A stretch of DNA of 64,000 nt, taken from the NCBI GenBank assembly GCA_963921275.4, contig OZ001293.3, forward strand, positions 4,864,001 to 4,928,000. Reading direction: 5' to 3'. Positions 22,959 to 32,016 of this stretch are shown here, piece after piece. Origin of the DNA: an uncultured Hormoscilla sp. GTDB lineage: Bacteria; Cyanobacteriota; Cyanobacteriia; Cyanobacteriales; Desertifilaceae. Made by a program: the position numbers and the translations under genes. Position 1 is the first letter of the stretch, and each line of letters opens with the position of its first letter. The notes under the pieces were generated by a model that worked only from the letters and a program-made list of their open reading frames with translations, had not been told where the DNA came from and ran no database searches.

Positions 22959-23043
22959 GCAAGCACTAAATTGCTTACTACGAACGGCAAGCACTAAATT
23001 GCTTACTACGAACGGCAAGCACTAAATTGCTTACTACGAACGG
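22959..23043. repeat. 28-bp tandem repeat x3 (REP-like)
   Basis: GCAAGCACTAAATTGCTTACTACGAACG repeated without spacers. Confidence 0.9.
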
Positions 23044-25418
23044 TCGATTTTTCGCGCAGCGATCGTCTTTTGCAACCCATTGAGCAATCGTTGATTTTCG
23101 GTGCGCGTGCCCACTGCTGTTCTAAAATAGTACTCATCCAATCCTGGTTTACCACCGAAGTCCGCGACAAAGATATTTTTCCCTTGCAGGGCCGCCACTA
23201 AATCCTTGGAGGTTATTCCTAGGGGTTCCGTTCTCACGAACAGAAAGTTCGTTGCTGAAGGATAGACGATGAAACCCAACTGTTGCAGTGCTTTTGCTAA
23301 CTTGCCTCTTTCCCGCCGAATTTGTGCCAGGTTGGCCTCGACGTAGGAGATTTCTTCTAAGGCCGCGATCGCGCCTACCAGGGCCAGTTTGCTGACAGGG
23401 AAGAGTTGGGCGGCGCGATAGAGATAATCGACGATGACTTCATTAGCAATAGCGTATCCCACTCTCAGCCCTGCCAAACCGAAGCTTTTCGAGAAACTGC
23501 GCAATACAATCAGATGGGGATATTTATCTACCAAGTCCGCTACTGTTTCCTGACAGATTTCATAGTAGCACTCATCTACTACGACTATGCAGTCCAGGCG
23601 ATCGAGGATCTGAATAATCGTCTCCCGCGCCACCAGGTTAGCAGTGGGGTTATTGGGGTTGGCGATAAAGAGCACCTTCGTCTGGGGCCTCACTTTCTGC
23701 AACAGCGCCTCCATATCCAGGCCAAAATCTGCCGTTCTCTGGACAAACACTGGACGGGCATTGATAAGTTCTGTGGAATGGCAGTAGACGAAAAAGGTCG
23801 GAACTGGCAGCAATACTTCCTCTCCTGGTTGCACGAAGGTTTTCACAATCAGTTCGATCAGGTCGTCGGAACCATTGCCAATGATAATCTGTTCGGGTTT
23901 AGCTTTGGTATACTTAGCTAAGGCACCTCGCAGTTCGCCCCCCAGAATATCAGGATAGCGGTTGAGTGTCCGCGCCGCCGAGGCGATCGCCTCTATTACG
24001 TGGCGAGACGGCGGATAAGGTAACTCTCCCTTATCCAGACGAATAGCATTATCTGCTTTGGGCGGTCCCGCTACCTTGGGATTTAAAGATTTAACGTGTT
24101 GGTTAACCATATCCTTCCTTTCTTGTAACCCTAGGGCATCGGTCGATAAATCTGGTTCCTGTGAGGGCAATGCTGATGAAACTTCCTCTGTTGTCGAAAC
24201 CTCCTGGGTGCTTTCGGGCAATGCTGATGAAACTTCTTCTGTTGCCGAAACCTCCTGGGTGAAACTTCTTGACCTATGTTCTAGCCATTCTGGCAGTTCT
24301 ACTATACTGTTGAGAATAGCATCACAGCTCAACTCGGCAAACTTGCGCCGCTTATTTTCTCTCGCCTCCCCGGTGGCAAAACCCGTCAGTACCCCGATCG
24401 CCATACATCCAGCGCCTTTAGCAGCAACCACATCGCTGGCAGCATCACCTATATATGCAGCATACTTGTGGTCTGACTGCTGATATTGGGAACTACACAA
24501 AGCTTCCACATTGATATAGGGATCCATTGCCTTTAGTACCACAAATGGATGGGGTTTGTCCAGCTTCACCCTTTCCCCCTTTTGCGACATTAGAGACTCT
24601 GCTGCTAACACTTCATCATAGGTGACAATGCGCTTGGGGTCAAAATATTCTAGCAGTCCCAATGCTTGCAGCGGCCCTATCGCTTCCGTCCGGGGCCTGC
24701 CGGTGGAGATCGCCAAACTATAACGACCGTACAATTCTTTGAGGGTTGCCTCAATTTCACTTAATTCTAGTACCGTTTCATCATCTAGCAGTTGATAATC
24801 TTTTTTCCCTTCATACCACTCTTGGAAATTACCATAGCATAGTTGCCATAGATCTCCTTTCGGTGCCAATGCTGGGACATTCACTCCCAAACGCAGATCG
24901 ATAAACTCCTCTAGATATTCTAGCACGGCATTGCCGGTTAGGGATTCGGTTTCCTGCCAAAATTCAGCAATTATCCCCTCGCTGATTTTGTAATTATACC
25001 CCCGATTTTTCGCGCAGCGTTCGCGCAACTTGCCACCTAACTGCTGTAAGTTTTCCCATACCAGGGCATTTTCGTTGTTGAGTATTTCCCGCCAACCATC
25101 TGGTTCCACTTTATTTAATTCGCTCAATATTCCCACCAAGTGCAGACAAAAGACAAAGAATGTCAGGTCCCAGTTGGAATTAATCGCGCGACTTTTCAGT
25201 TCATAAATAAAACTACTGGGGATAACCTGTTCGCCCAGTTCTGGCAATACCTGGGACAAGTCAGTTTCCGAACCCAAATAGTTATTCAGGCCTAGATATT
25301 CTTGACTAGAAATCAGTTCCCATACAGTCAGTATGGCCGTAGTCCAATATTTTTTCTCGCTAGTAATGACGCCATCCAGGTCAAAAATCAAAATCCTGAG
25401 TTGATCTGTATTGTCCAC
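23034..25418 (-). CDS. HAD-family hydrolase fused to a HisC-like class I/II aminotransferase
   Basis: FDLDGV, TGR, KPHP, YIGD..SD; then GNGSDDLI, NPNNPT, VDECYYE, RSFSKSFGLAGLRVGY. Confidence 0.85.
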   Translation of the reverse strand: MDNTDQLRILIFDLDGVITSEKKYWTTAILTVWELISSQEYLGLNNYLGSETDLSQVLPELGEQVIPSSFIYELKSRAINSNWDLTFFVFCLHLVGILSELNKVEPDGWREILNNENALVWENLQQLGGKLRERCAKNRGYNYKISEGIIAEFWQETESLTGNAVLEYLEEFIDLRLGVNVPALAPKGDLWQLCYGNFQEWYEGKKDYQLLDDETVLELSEIEATLKELYGRYSLAISTGRPRTEAIGPLQALGLLEYFDPKRIVTYDEVLAAESLMSQKGERVKLDKPHPFVVLKAMDPYINVEALCSSQYQQSDHKYAAYIGDAASDVVAAKGAGCMAIGVLTGFATGEARENKRRKFAELSCDAILNSIVELPEWLEHRSRSFTQEVSATEEVSSALPESTQEVSTTEEVSSALPSQEPDLSTDALGLQERKDMVNQHVKSLNPKVAGPPKADNAIRLDKGELPYPPSRHVIEAIASAARTLNRYPDILGGELRGALAKYTKAKPEQIIIGNGSDDLIELIVKTFVQPGEEVLLPVPTFFVYCHSTELINARPVFVQRTADFGLDMEALLQKVRPQTKVLFIANPNNPTANLVARETIIQILDRLDCIVVVDECYYEICQETVADLVDKYPHLIVLRSFSKSFGLAGLRVGYAIANEVIVDYLYRAAQLFPVSKLALVGAIAALEEISYVEANLAQIRRERGKLAKALQQLGFIVYPSATNFLFVRTEPLGITSKDLVAALQGKNIFVADFGGKPGLDEYYFRTAVGTRTENQRLLNGLQKTIAARKIDRS

Positions 25419-25453
25419 CTTTATCCTTCCTAATATCACTTTGAATTTCGTAT

Positions 25454-25533
25454 CCCGTTCCCATCCCGTTCGTAGTAAAGACTTTAGTCTTTCCCCGTTC
25501 CCATCCCGTTCGTAGTAAAGACTTTAGTCTTTC
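25454..25533. repeat. 39-bp tandem duplication of a REP-like unit
   Basis: CCCGTTCCCATCCCGTTCGTAGTAAAGACTTTAGTCTTT x2. Confidence 0.85.
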
Positions 25534-25570
25534 CGCCCCACATTAAGGAGATTGAGGACTTTAGTCCTCA

Positions 25571-26872
25571 CTACGAACCCAGTTCAGTATCTAGTAAACT
25601 CTTCATACTACCAGAACTGGTGCTACCCATCTCCACAGACATGGCCAAACCTAGCAGCGTTATTTCCGGGGGGAATTTTTTGACATCACTCAGGTTCATT
25701 GTCAGGAACGGACAGCAAAACAGAGCTAATTTCAAATATTCCCGCCAATTTTCCTCCAGCATACCACTTCGATGTCTGAGGGATGCTAGCGGCTGCGCAG
25801 CCGCTGCGCTGACGCAAAAACCCCTCAGACATCGAGATTCCAATTCCTCTAACAGGGGTTTGAGCACTCGTTCTAGCTTCGATCGCAGCAGGGCCACCCG
25901 CACTGGCGAGGGGACAAAATCATGTTCTACCATCATGGTATCATCTTTTATTTCCCAGCGGATAGACATCATTTCGGCAATTTCCCTTGGATAATACATC
26001 CAGATAGCGAATACATTGTGAAACAGGGGCTTCGCCAGGTCCAGCAAGGGCGAGTGGCGACCCGCAAATGCCGGATCGAAGTATACCATAGAACCGCGAA
26101 CGCTGCGCGAAAAATCGACATCTATAAACAGATTACCATTATGGGCGTCACCATGTCCGACGATCGAGGCCACGTCTGATCGGGATGGTTTCAAGAGTCC
26201 GATCGCCTGCTGCACCAGTTGTCCTAGAGTATCTTGATATTGTATCCCATTAATGTTCCACTGCATTGATGCCAGACTATTATAATTTATTTTCCCTCCT
26301 GGCAGGAATATATCCGTCCCTTGATAGAACTTAGCGAAGCGCCCCCCCGTGAGTCTGTGGTAGAATAGCTGATGGATGGGCGATCGAGCATGTTCTGCTT
26401 TCTCCAGGGGTTGCAGGGTTTGCAGATAAATGTCCCACAGTTGTTCGTCAGCTTTTTCTTGTATAGATATAACTCGATCGGCATCTGTTCTGCGACCCAT
26501 TTCCAGGTCGCGGATAACATTAAACATCGAAGGAGTCTCGAAGAACTCATAAATCAATAGCTGCTTTCCCCATTCCGTGGAACTATGTATGGGTTGAATT
26601 ACTGGATAACCCGCCTCTGCTAGAATCGTTGAATTATAATATTCGTTAATAATGCTTTGGGGTTCTACATGGGTTTTGAAGAAATATTTGGTCTCATCTG
26701 CTGTAGTTATAAACCCATTCAGAGAGTTGAGGGATACAGCTAAGGGACGTATCTGTACCGTTTCCACCTGAAAATCCAGGTTAGCGATCATAAATTCCCT
26801 CAGCAATGCGTTAGCCGCTTCTAGGTCTGCGAACTGGAGATCCTGGATCTGCTGTAACTTCTTATCTGACAA
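25571..26872 (-). CDS. Aminoglycoside/choline-kinase-like phosphotransferase
   Basis: YFFKTH, Brenner-like HGDAHNGN, FDPAFAG. Confidence 0.7.
   Translation of the reverse strand: MSDKKLQQIQDLQFADLEAANALLREFMIANLDFQVETVQIRPLAVSLNSLNGFITTADETKYFFKTHVEPQSIINEYYNSTILAEAGYPVIQPIHSSTEWGKQLLIYEFFETPSMFNVIRDLEMGRRTDADRVISIQEKADEQLWDIYLQTLQPLEKAEHARSPIHQLFYHRLTGGRFAKFYQGTDIFLPGGKINYNSLASMQWNINGIQYQDTLGQLVQQAIGLLKPSRSDVASIVGHGDAHNGNLFIDVDFSRSVRGSMVYFDPAFAGRHSPLLDLAKPLFHNVFAIWMYYPREIAEMMSIRWEIKDDTMMVEHDFVPSPVRVALLRSKLERVLKPLLEELESRCLRGFCVSAAAAQPLASLRHRSGMLEENWREYLKLALFCCPFLTMNLSDVKKFPPEITLLGLAMSVEMGSTSSGSMKSLLDTELGS
25770..25834. mobile_element. Palindrome-ended mini-element inserted in frame
   Basis: CGATGTCTGAGGG...CCCTCAGACATCG; related copies at 44293-44373 and 46981-47045. 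Confidence 0.8.
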
Positions 26873-26972
26873 TCTTTCCTCCCGATCTATTTGATCCTAA
26901 TTTACTGGCATGTTCTTCATTCTCAAGTCCCTGTCACCCATTGGTTGGTTGGTATTTGAGTTTGGATCTTAC

Positions 26973-28424
26973 TCATAACGTTGGTTTCCAAGTTCCGTGA
27001 AATCCCATCGGCACCACCCTAGGCAATTCTAGTTTACAGACGGGTTCGCCATCCATCCTTTCACTATCATAAACCCAAACTTCACTCCTATCAACCCCGC
27101 CATCATAGATAACTGTCAACACCCATCCTTGCTTAGTATTCCGGGCATCCGGGACATAAATGGGTTCGGTGGGATAGCGATTTTCGTCCAAGTCCGCTAC
27201 TGTCAGGTTGTCTGTCTCCAGATCCAAACGGGCGATCGCCCCAAACATTTCCTGACTAATATCCACCCCATCCCGATATACTGAAAAATAAATGTAACGG
27301 TAATTTTGCCCCACATCTTGGGGGGAGACGACCGGGAACTCGCAACCCCGTAAGAGCAATTGCTGGAGTTGGGTAACTTTCCCTGTTTGGGGATCTAGGC
27401 GCGATCGCCAGATAGTTCCCTTAGATCCTGTCTGGGTTTTACCCGTCGGCACTTCTTTGAGTTCCTGATTAGTTAAGTTGAAATCTTGATGGCGGACAAA
27501 ATCCACAACTATCTCGCCATCAGCATCTACATAACCATTGCTAAAATGCCATTGAAACCAAGCTTCAGTTTTCCCCCGACTCACTACCGATAAAGTTGCG
27601 CGATCGAGGAATAAAATATCAGTTCCCTGACTGGGTTTCCATTCTGCGACATCGCAGTAACTCCGAAATCCGATCGCAATTGGTAGGAGATTAAACCGTA
27701 CTGGCGGAATTAAAAACACCAAATATTGCCCCGCCATGACAAAATCATGTATAAAGGGGATCCCCTCTAATGGAATCGCTGCTTTTTGGACAATCTTGCC
27801 CGCGTGATCGCTCCTATAAACGTAAAGCGTTGCATTCAACCCGCCGATACTAATGCCAAAGTTAAAAATATCCCCGGTTTGCGCGTCTACCTTAGGATGA
27901 GCAGAATAGGGTAAGTTATGCTTGAGTTGGGAAAGATCATCTAATCCCTTAGTTTCCAAAGTTTGTAAATCTAAGGCATGGGGGTTTCCTGCTTCGCAGA
28001 GTGCCAATAGTTTATCGGGCAAAGCTAGCACGGAAGTATTGGCCGCATTTTTGGGTAATTTACCCCAACTTTTCCAGAACGGTCCGGGTACGGTCATGCC
28101 ATAATTGGGATAAAGAAATTTCCCCGCCGCAGTTTCCGCTTGATATGCTGCTGTCTGCACGTAGCGATAAATTCCTGTAGCCCCCGCATCGGTAAAATGC
28201 ACTGCTAAAATAGCACCATCCCCATCAAACCAATGTCCCACCCGATTTTTCGCGCAGCGTTCGCCTCCACGTTCCAAGCGTCCCGGACCATTACGATAGA
28301 GAGTACCGCGCAACCTTGGGGGAATTGCACCGGCCAGAATGGGTAGCTGAGTAGGGGGAAATTCTGTTGCCGGTCGTGCTAGGGCTTTTGCCCAAGCTTT
28401 GCCGGTTGATGCTTTTGTTGTCAT
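26973..28424 (-). CDS. Carotenoid cleavage oxygenase (RPE65 family)
   Basis: LYRNGPG, HWFDGDG, SAHPK, IHDF, EPIYVP, GFHGTW. Confidence 0.9.
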   Translation of the reverse strand: MTTKASTGKAWAKALARPATEFPPTQLPILAGAIPPRLRGTLYRNGPGRLERGGERCAKNRVGHWFDGDGAILAVHFTDAGATGIYRYVQTAAYQAETAAGKFLYPNYGMTVPGPFWKSWGKLPKNAANTSVLALPDKLLALCEAGNPHALDLQTLETKGLDDLSQLKHNLPYSAHPKVDAQTGDIFNFGISIGGLNATLYVYRSDHAGKIVQKAAIPLEGIPFIHDFVMAGQYLVFLIPPVRFNLLPIAIGFRSYCDVAEWKPSQGTDILFLDRATLSVVSRGKTEAWFQWHFSNGYVDADGEIVVDFVRHQDFNLTNQELKEVPTGKTQTGSKGTIWRSRLDPQTGKVTQLQQLLLRGCEFPVVSPQDVGQNYRYIYFSVYRDGVDISQEMFGAIARLDLETDNLTVADLDENRYPTEPIYVPDARNTKQGWVLTVIYDGGVDRSEVWVYDSERMDGEPVCKLELPRVVPMGFHGTWKPTL

Positions 28425-28787
28425 CTTCTACTGCTGTCGGATAGTTGGATTTTATGCTATTATAAAGTCAGACTGTTACGCAATTGCCCCAAACCCTTAG
28501 ATCGCCCCGCAGTTCCCCATCAGGGCATGGTAAACTTCAATTAACCACAGTGAAATCATCATTAATCAGGGTCTCATCAATCCCCTGCAGGGTGGCCAGG
28601 GTTTCCCCTTCAAAGTTAATCCAGGTATCTAGGCCCTTCCTGACAATCGCCAAATCGTCGAAACTCAAACCTCCTGCTAGCCCGTTCGCGTAGCGTGCGC
28701 GCAGCGCATTCACGTCCGTACCCTCTTCAAAGTCTATGATAGTATCCCAGCCCATGCCCGACTCCAAGCAGTTGGTCCCCTACTATA

Positions 28788-29799
28788 ACCTAAGTTGCGA
28801 CCTATTAAAAAAAATATGAATTACCCACTTAGACTTTACAGATATTTGGGATATTTCGTAGCTTTTGATACAAAATTATATTTTTTTTGTGCTAGACGGC
28901 GGGTTGGCTGTTTATAGGTTATAATGTACTAAAATAATAGTTAATTGCTGGGGGATGTAGATGATGGAAGATATGATTACAACAATTTTTGTTCTTTGTG
29001 ACGAGCTACTAAAAGCGTTAAATATAAAAGAAGATCCACAAGTAAAAATGAACAATGCCGAAGTGATGACAGTCGGATTAGTTGCTGCATATTTTTTCGG
29101 AGGACACCACGATCGCTCTTGTCAATTTATGGTCCAACACAAGTATATAAAAAATCTGTTAAGTAAAAGTAGGTTCAATCGTCGATTACACAATATTGAG
29201 GAACCAATTTGGATGTTTTTCTTCCAAGTTATAGCTCAAACATTTAAAGAGCTCAATCCGGGTCAAGAATATATTCTTGATAGTTTCCCGGTGCCAGTAT
29301 GTGATAATATTAGGATTGATAGATGCCAAATTTATAACAAGGAAGAATATCGAGGGTATATTGCCAGTAAAAAACGTTATTTTTATGGATTAAGAGTTCA
29401 TATGTTGGTAAACAAAAATGGAAAGCCAATAGAATTTTATCTAGATCCTGGTAGTTATAATGATTTTAAAGTTTTGCAATCTTTTGGCTTTGACTTACCA
29501 TCAAATTCAATAGTTTATGGAGATAAAGCTTATAATGATTATCAATTAGAGGATTTACTAAAAGAGTCGTCAAGTATAATGTTAAAACCTTTGCGAAAAA
29601 AGAACTCAAAAAGAAAAGAATATTCTTGTTTTGAATATATACAAAAAGTAACAAGAAAACAAGTTGAAACCTGTTTTAGTCGAATCACAAATTTGTTTCC
29701 CAAGTCAATTCATGCTGTTACATCTAAGGGATTAGAGTTGAAAATAATTCTCTTTATCATAGCTTTTTGTATCCAATTTTTATAGGTCGCAACTTGAGT
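28788..29799 (+). mobile_element. IS982-family element, copy 2 (1012 bp)
   Basis: Same TIRs as copy 1; target duplication TACTATA. Confidence 0.9.
28961..29785 (+). CDS. IS982-family transposase
   Basis: Protein identical to 9964..10788. Confidence 0.9.
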   Translation: MMEDMITTIFVLCDELLKALNIKEDPQVKMNNAEVMTVGLVAAYFFGGHHDRSCQFMVQHKYIKNLLSKSRFNRRLHNIEEPIWMFFFQVIAQTFKELNPGQEYILDSFPVPVCDNIRIDRCQIYNKEEYRGYIASKKRYFYGLRVHMLVNKNGKPIEFYLDPGSYNDFKVLQSFGFDLPSNSIVYGDKAYNDYQLEDLLKESSSIMLKPLRKKNSKRKEYSCFEYIQKVTRKQVETCFSRITNLFPKSIHAVTSKGLELKIILFIIAFCIQFL

Positions 29800-30737
29800 T
29801 ACTATAGTGAAAGCAGCGTTATCATCGTCACCAATCGCGTAGCGTGCGCGCAGCGCATAGCCCGAGATTAACCGGTAGGTAAAGGTCTTTCCATTGTCGG
29901 GATCGCTAGTAGAGAAAGTCCCCACGATCGCACCCTTACGGGAATTAGAATTGATGCTGCTGTTGCTAAGAACTATATCAGTAGGAGATTCGGCAACATT
30001 GTTCACATTAATAATCAAGGCTTCCAAGTAACTGGCCCCAGTAGAGTCAGTAGTCTGGACTAATATCCTGTAAATCGACTGAGTCTCAAAGTCTAAGGAA
30101 CTGTTAATTCGCAGTTGGTCCCCTACTATAGTGAAAGCAGCGTTATCATCGTCACCATAGCCCGAGATTAACTGGTAAGTAAAGGTATCTCTATTATCAG
30201 GGTCAGTAGTTCCGAAAGTCCCCACGACTGCACCTGAGAGGGAGTTTTCGTTGACGCTGCTGCTGCTGAGAACTAGGTCGGTAGGAGACTCGCCGACATC
30301 GTTGACGTTAATAATCAAGACCTCCGAATAACTGTTCCCAGTCGAGTCGGTAGTCTGGACGCGGATGCTGTAACTCGACTGAGTCTCAAAGTCAGGGGAA
30401 CTGTTAATTCGCAGTTGGTTCTCTACTATGGTGAAGGCAGCGTTATCATCGGCACCATAGCCGGAGATTAACTGGTAGATAAAGGTATCGGAAGAGTCGG
30501 GGTCAGTAGTTCTGAAAGTCCCCACGACAGTATTGGCTGGGGAGTTTTCACTGATATTGATGATGCTGCTAAGAATTATATCGGTAGGAGAGGAGTTCTC
30601 TGCAACATCATTGACGTTAATAGTCAAGACCTCCCGAATAACTGTTATTAGCCGAGTCAGTAGTTTGGACGCGAATGCTGTAACTGGACTGAGTCTCAAA
30701 GTCAGGGGAACTGTTAATTTGCAGTGAGTTCCCTTGA

Positions 30738-30990
30738 TCTTACTCCAGCTTTGGAGGTGCTTACTCTGGTCTTGGAGGTGCTTACTCTGGCCTTGGAGTT
30801 ACTCAACTGCCCTTTGGTAATCTTTTATCACGTCAAAGCAAAAGGTTGTGACGCCACCGAATGACTCTCGTACTCGGTAGAATGATTCAGTTACTCCTGG
30901 AAATGAACAGTTACCCCTAGAAATGAATAATTTTTCCCAGGAATAACTGAGTCACTCCAGGGAGTGACTCAGTTATTCCTGGATAAAATA
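30738..30990. repeat. Degenerate short tandem repeats (7/21-nt periodicity)
   Basis: TTGGAGGTGCTTACTCTGG x2; several GTTA(C/T)TCCTGG units. Confidence 0.55.
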
Positions 30991-31202
30991 TCTCTATTGT
31001 TAAGGGGCGTGAGCGCAGGCTGCGACCTTGGAGGCCAACGCCATTTAGGGAGAAAGCCCAGAGTCGGCTGAGATGTTTAAAGGGCGCACTCCTAGGACTG
31101 CCCAGCTGTATCACTTGACTGAGCCATGTTTCGGTTAAACTGAATTGAGTGAGTTTGACAGAGGAAAAAGGCTGATAGCCTTGGGGACAGCGTTGATTCT
31201 AT

Positions 31203-31749
31203 TTAATTCAAATTAGCTTGGGTTTCGACGATCTGCTTTTGTAAAGTTAACTGAGTTTTATTCAGATTCGCTTTGGCCTCATTCAACCGTTCCCTCGCCG
31301 TTTGCCAGATTAGCACCTTACTTTCAAACTCCGAGGTGCTAATGACACCATCTAAGTGTAACTTATAATAGCGAGTATACTCCCTTTCCGCATTCGCTAA
31401 CTCGGCCTCTAATACTTTAATCGTCACCTCTTGGGTGGCTGTTTCCTCCCTCAACTCCGCCTTTAACCGAGATATCCTCTCCTCGATTTCTCTTTTCGGT
31501 TCTAGACGCCCCAAGGCCGTCACCGATGCGGCCACAGTACTAGGATTTGCTTGCTGTGTCCCTCTTTTTGTGCTTAAGGCGCCCCCGGGGGACACAGCCA
31601 CAGTCTGGGTCTGCTGTTCCTCTGAGTCGGACAAGAGGCTGTAAACACCACCCATCACGATCGCAGCAGCACTGACTAAACCGATTACCCACCTACTGGT
31701 GGTTGTAGTGGACGAACTTTCATTGTCTAACTGTGGTTTCTGCCCCATA
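31203..31749 (-). pseudogene. DevB/HlyD-type membrane fusion protein fragment
   Basis: TM helix, VTALGRLEP, NAEREYTRY..L..DGVISTSEFES; C-terminal half absent. Confidence 0.65.
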
Positions 31750-32016
31750 AACCGATCCGGGAAATGGTTGGCTCCCCTCCTATTGCTTCCAATTAGAGTA
31801 ACACGACCCCAATCTGTCTTTCCCACTCTGCCATCAATCTAGCTTGGAAATTACATCCGTCGCACGATCTAACTCTTAATCATATCAATTTTTGCCAAAA
31901 AAAATTGTCTAGACAATTATTTCAGCTTTCAAGGTTTACTCTTCCACCCCCTCACCCCTTCACCCCCTCACCCCTGATGACAAACCGAAATCTAAAAAAC
32001 ATACCCCTGTAAGGGG

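Larger units (their letters stand above)
28537..30726 (-). pseudogene. Cadherin-repeat / RTX-type secreted protein remnant
   Basis: Three ~100-aa repeats (PTDIxLS...GTFxTTDPD...DFETQS); split by IS982; joined to tail DTIIDFEEGTD...LSFDDLAI; no intact start. Confidence 0.75.

Noticed and set aside
22959..23043. Possible CRISPR array (28-bp repeats)
   Set aside because: Repeats are head-to-tail with no spacers, and no cas genes are nearby
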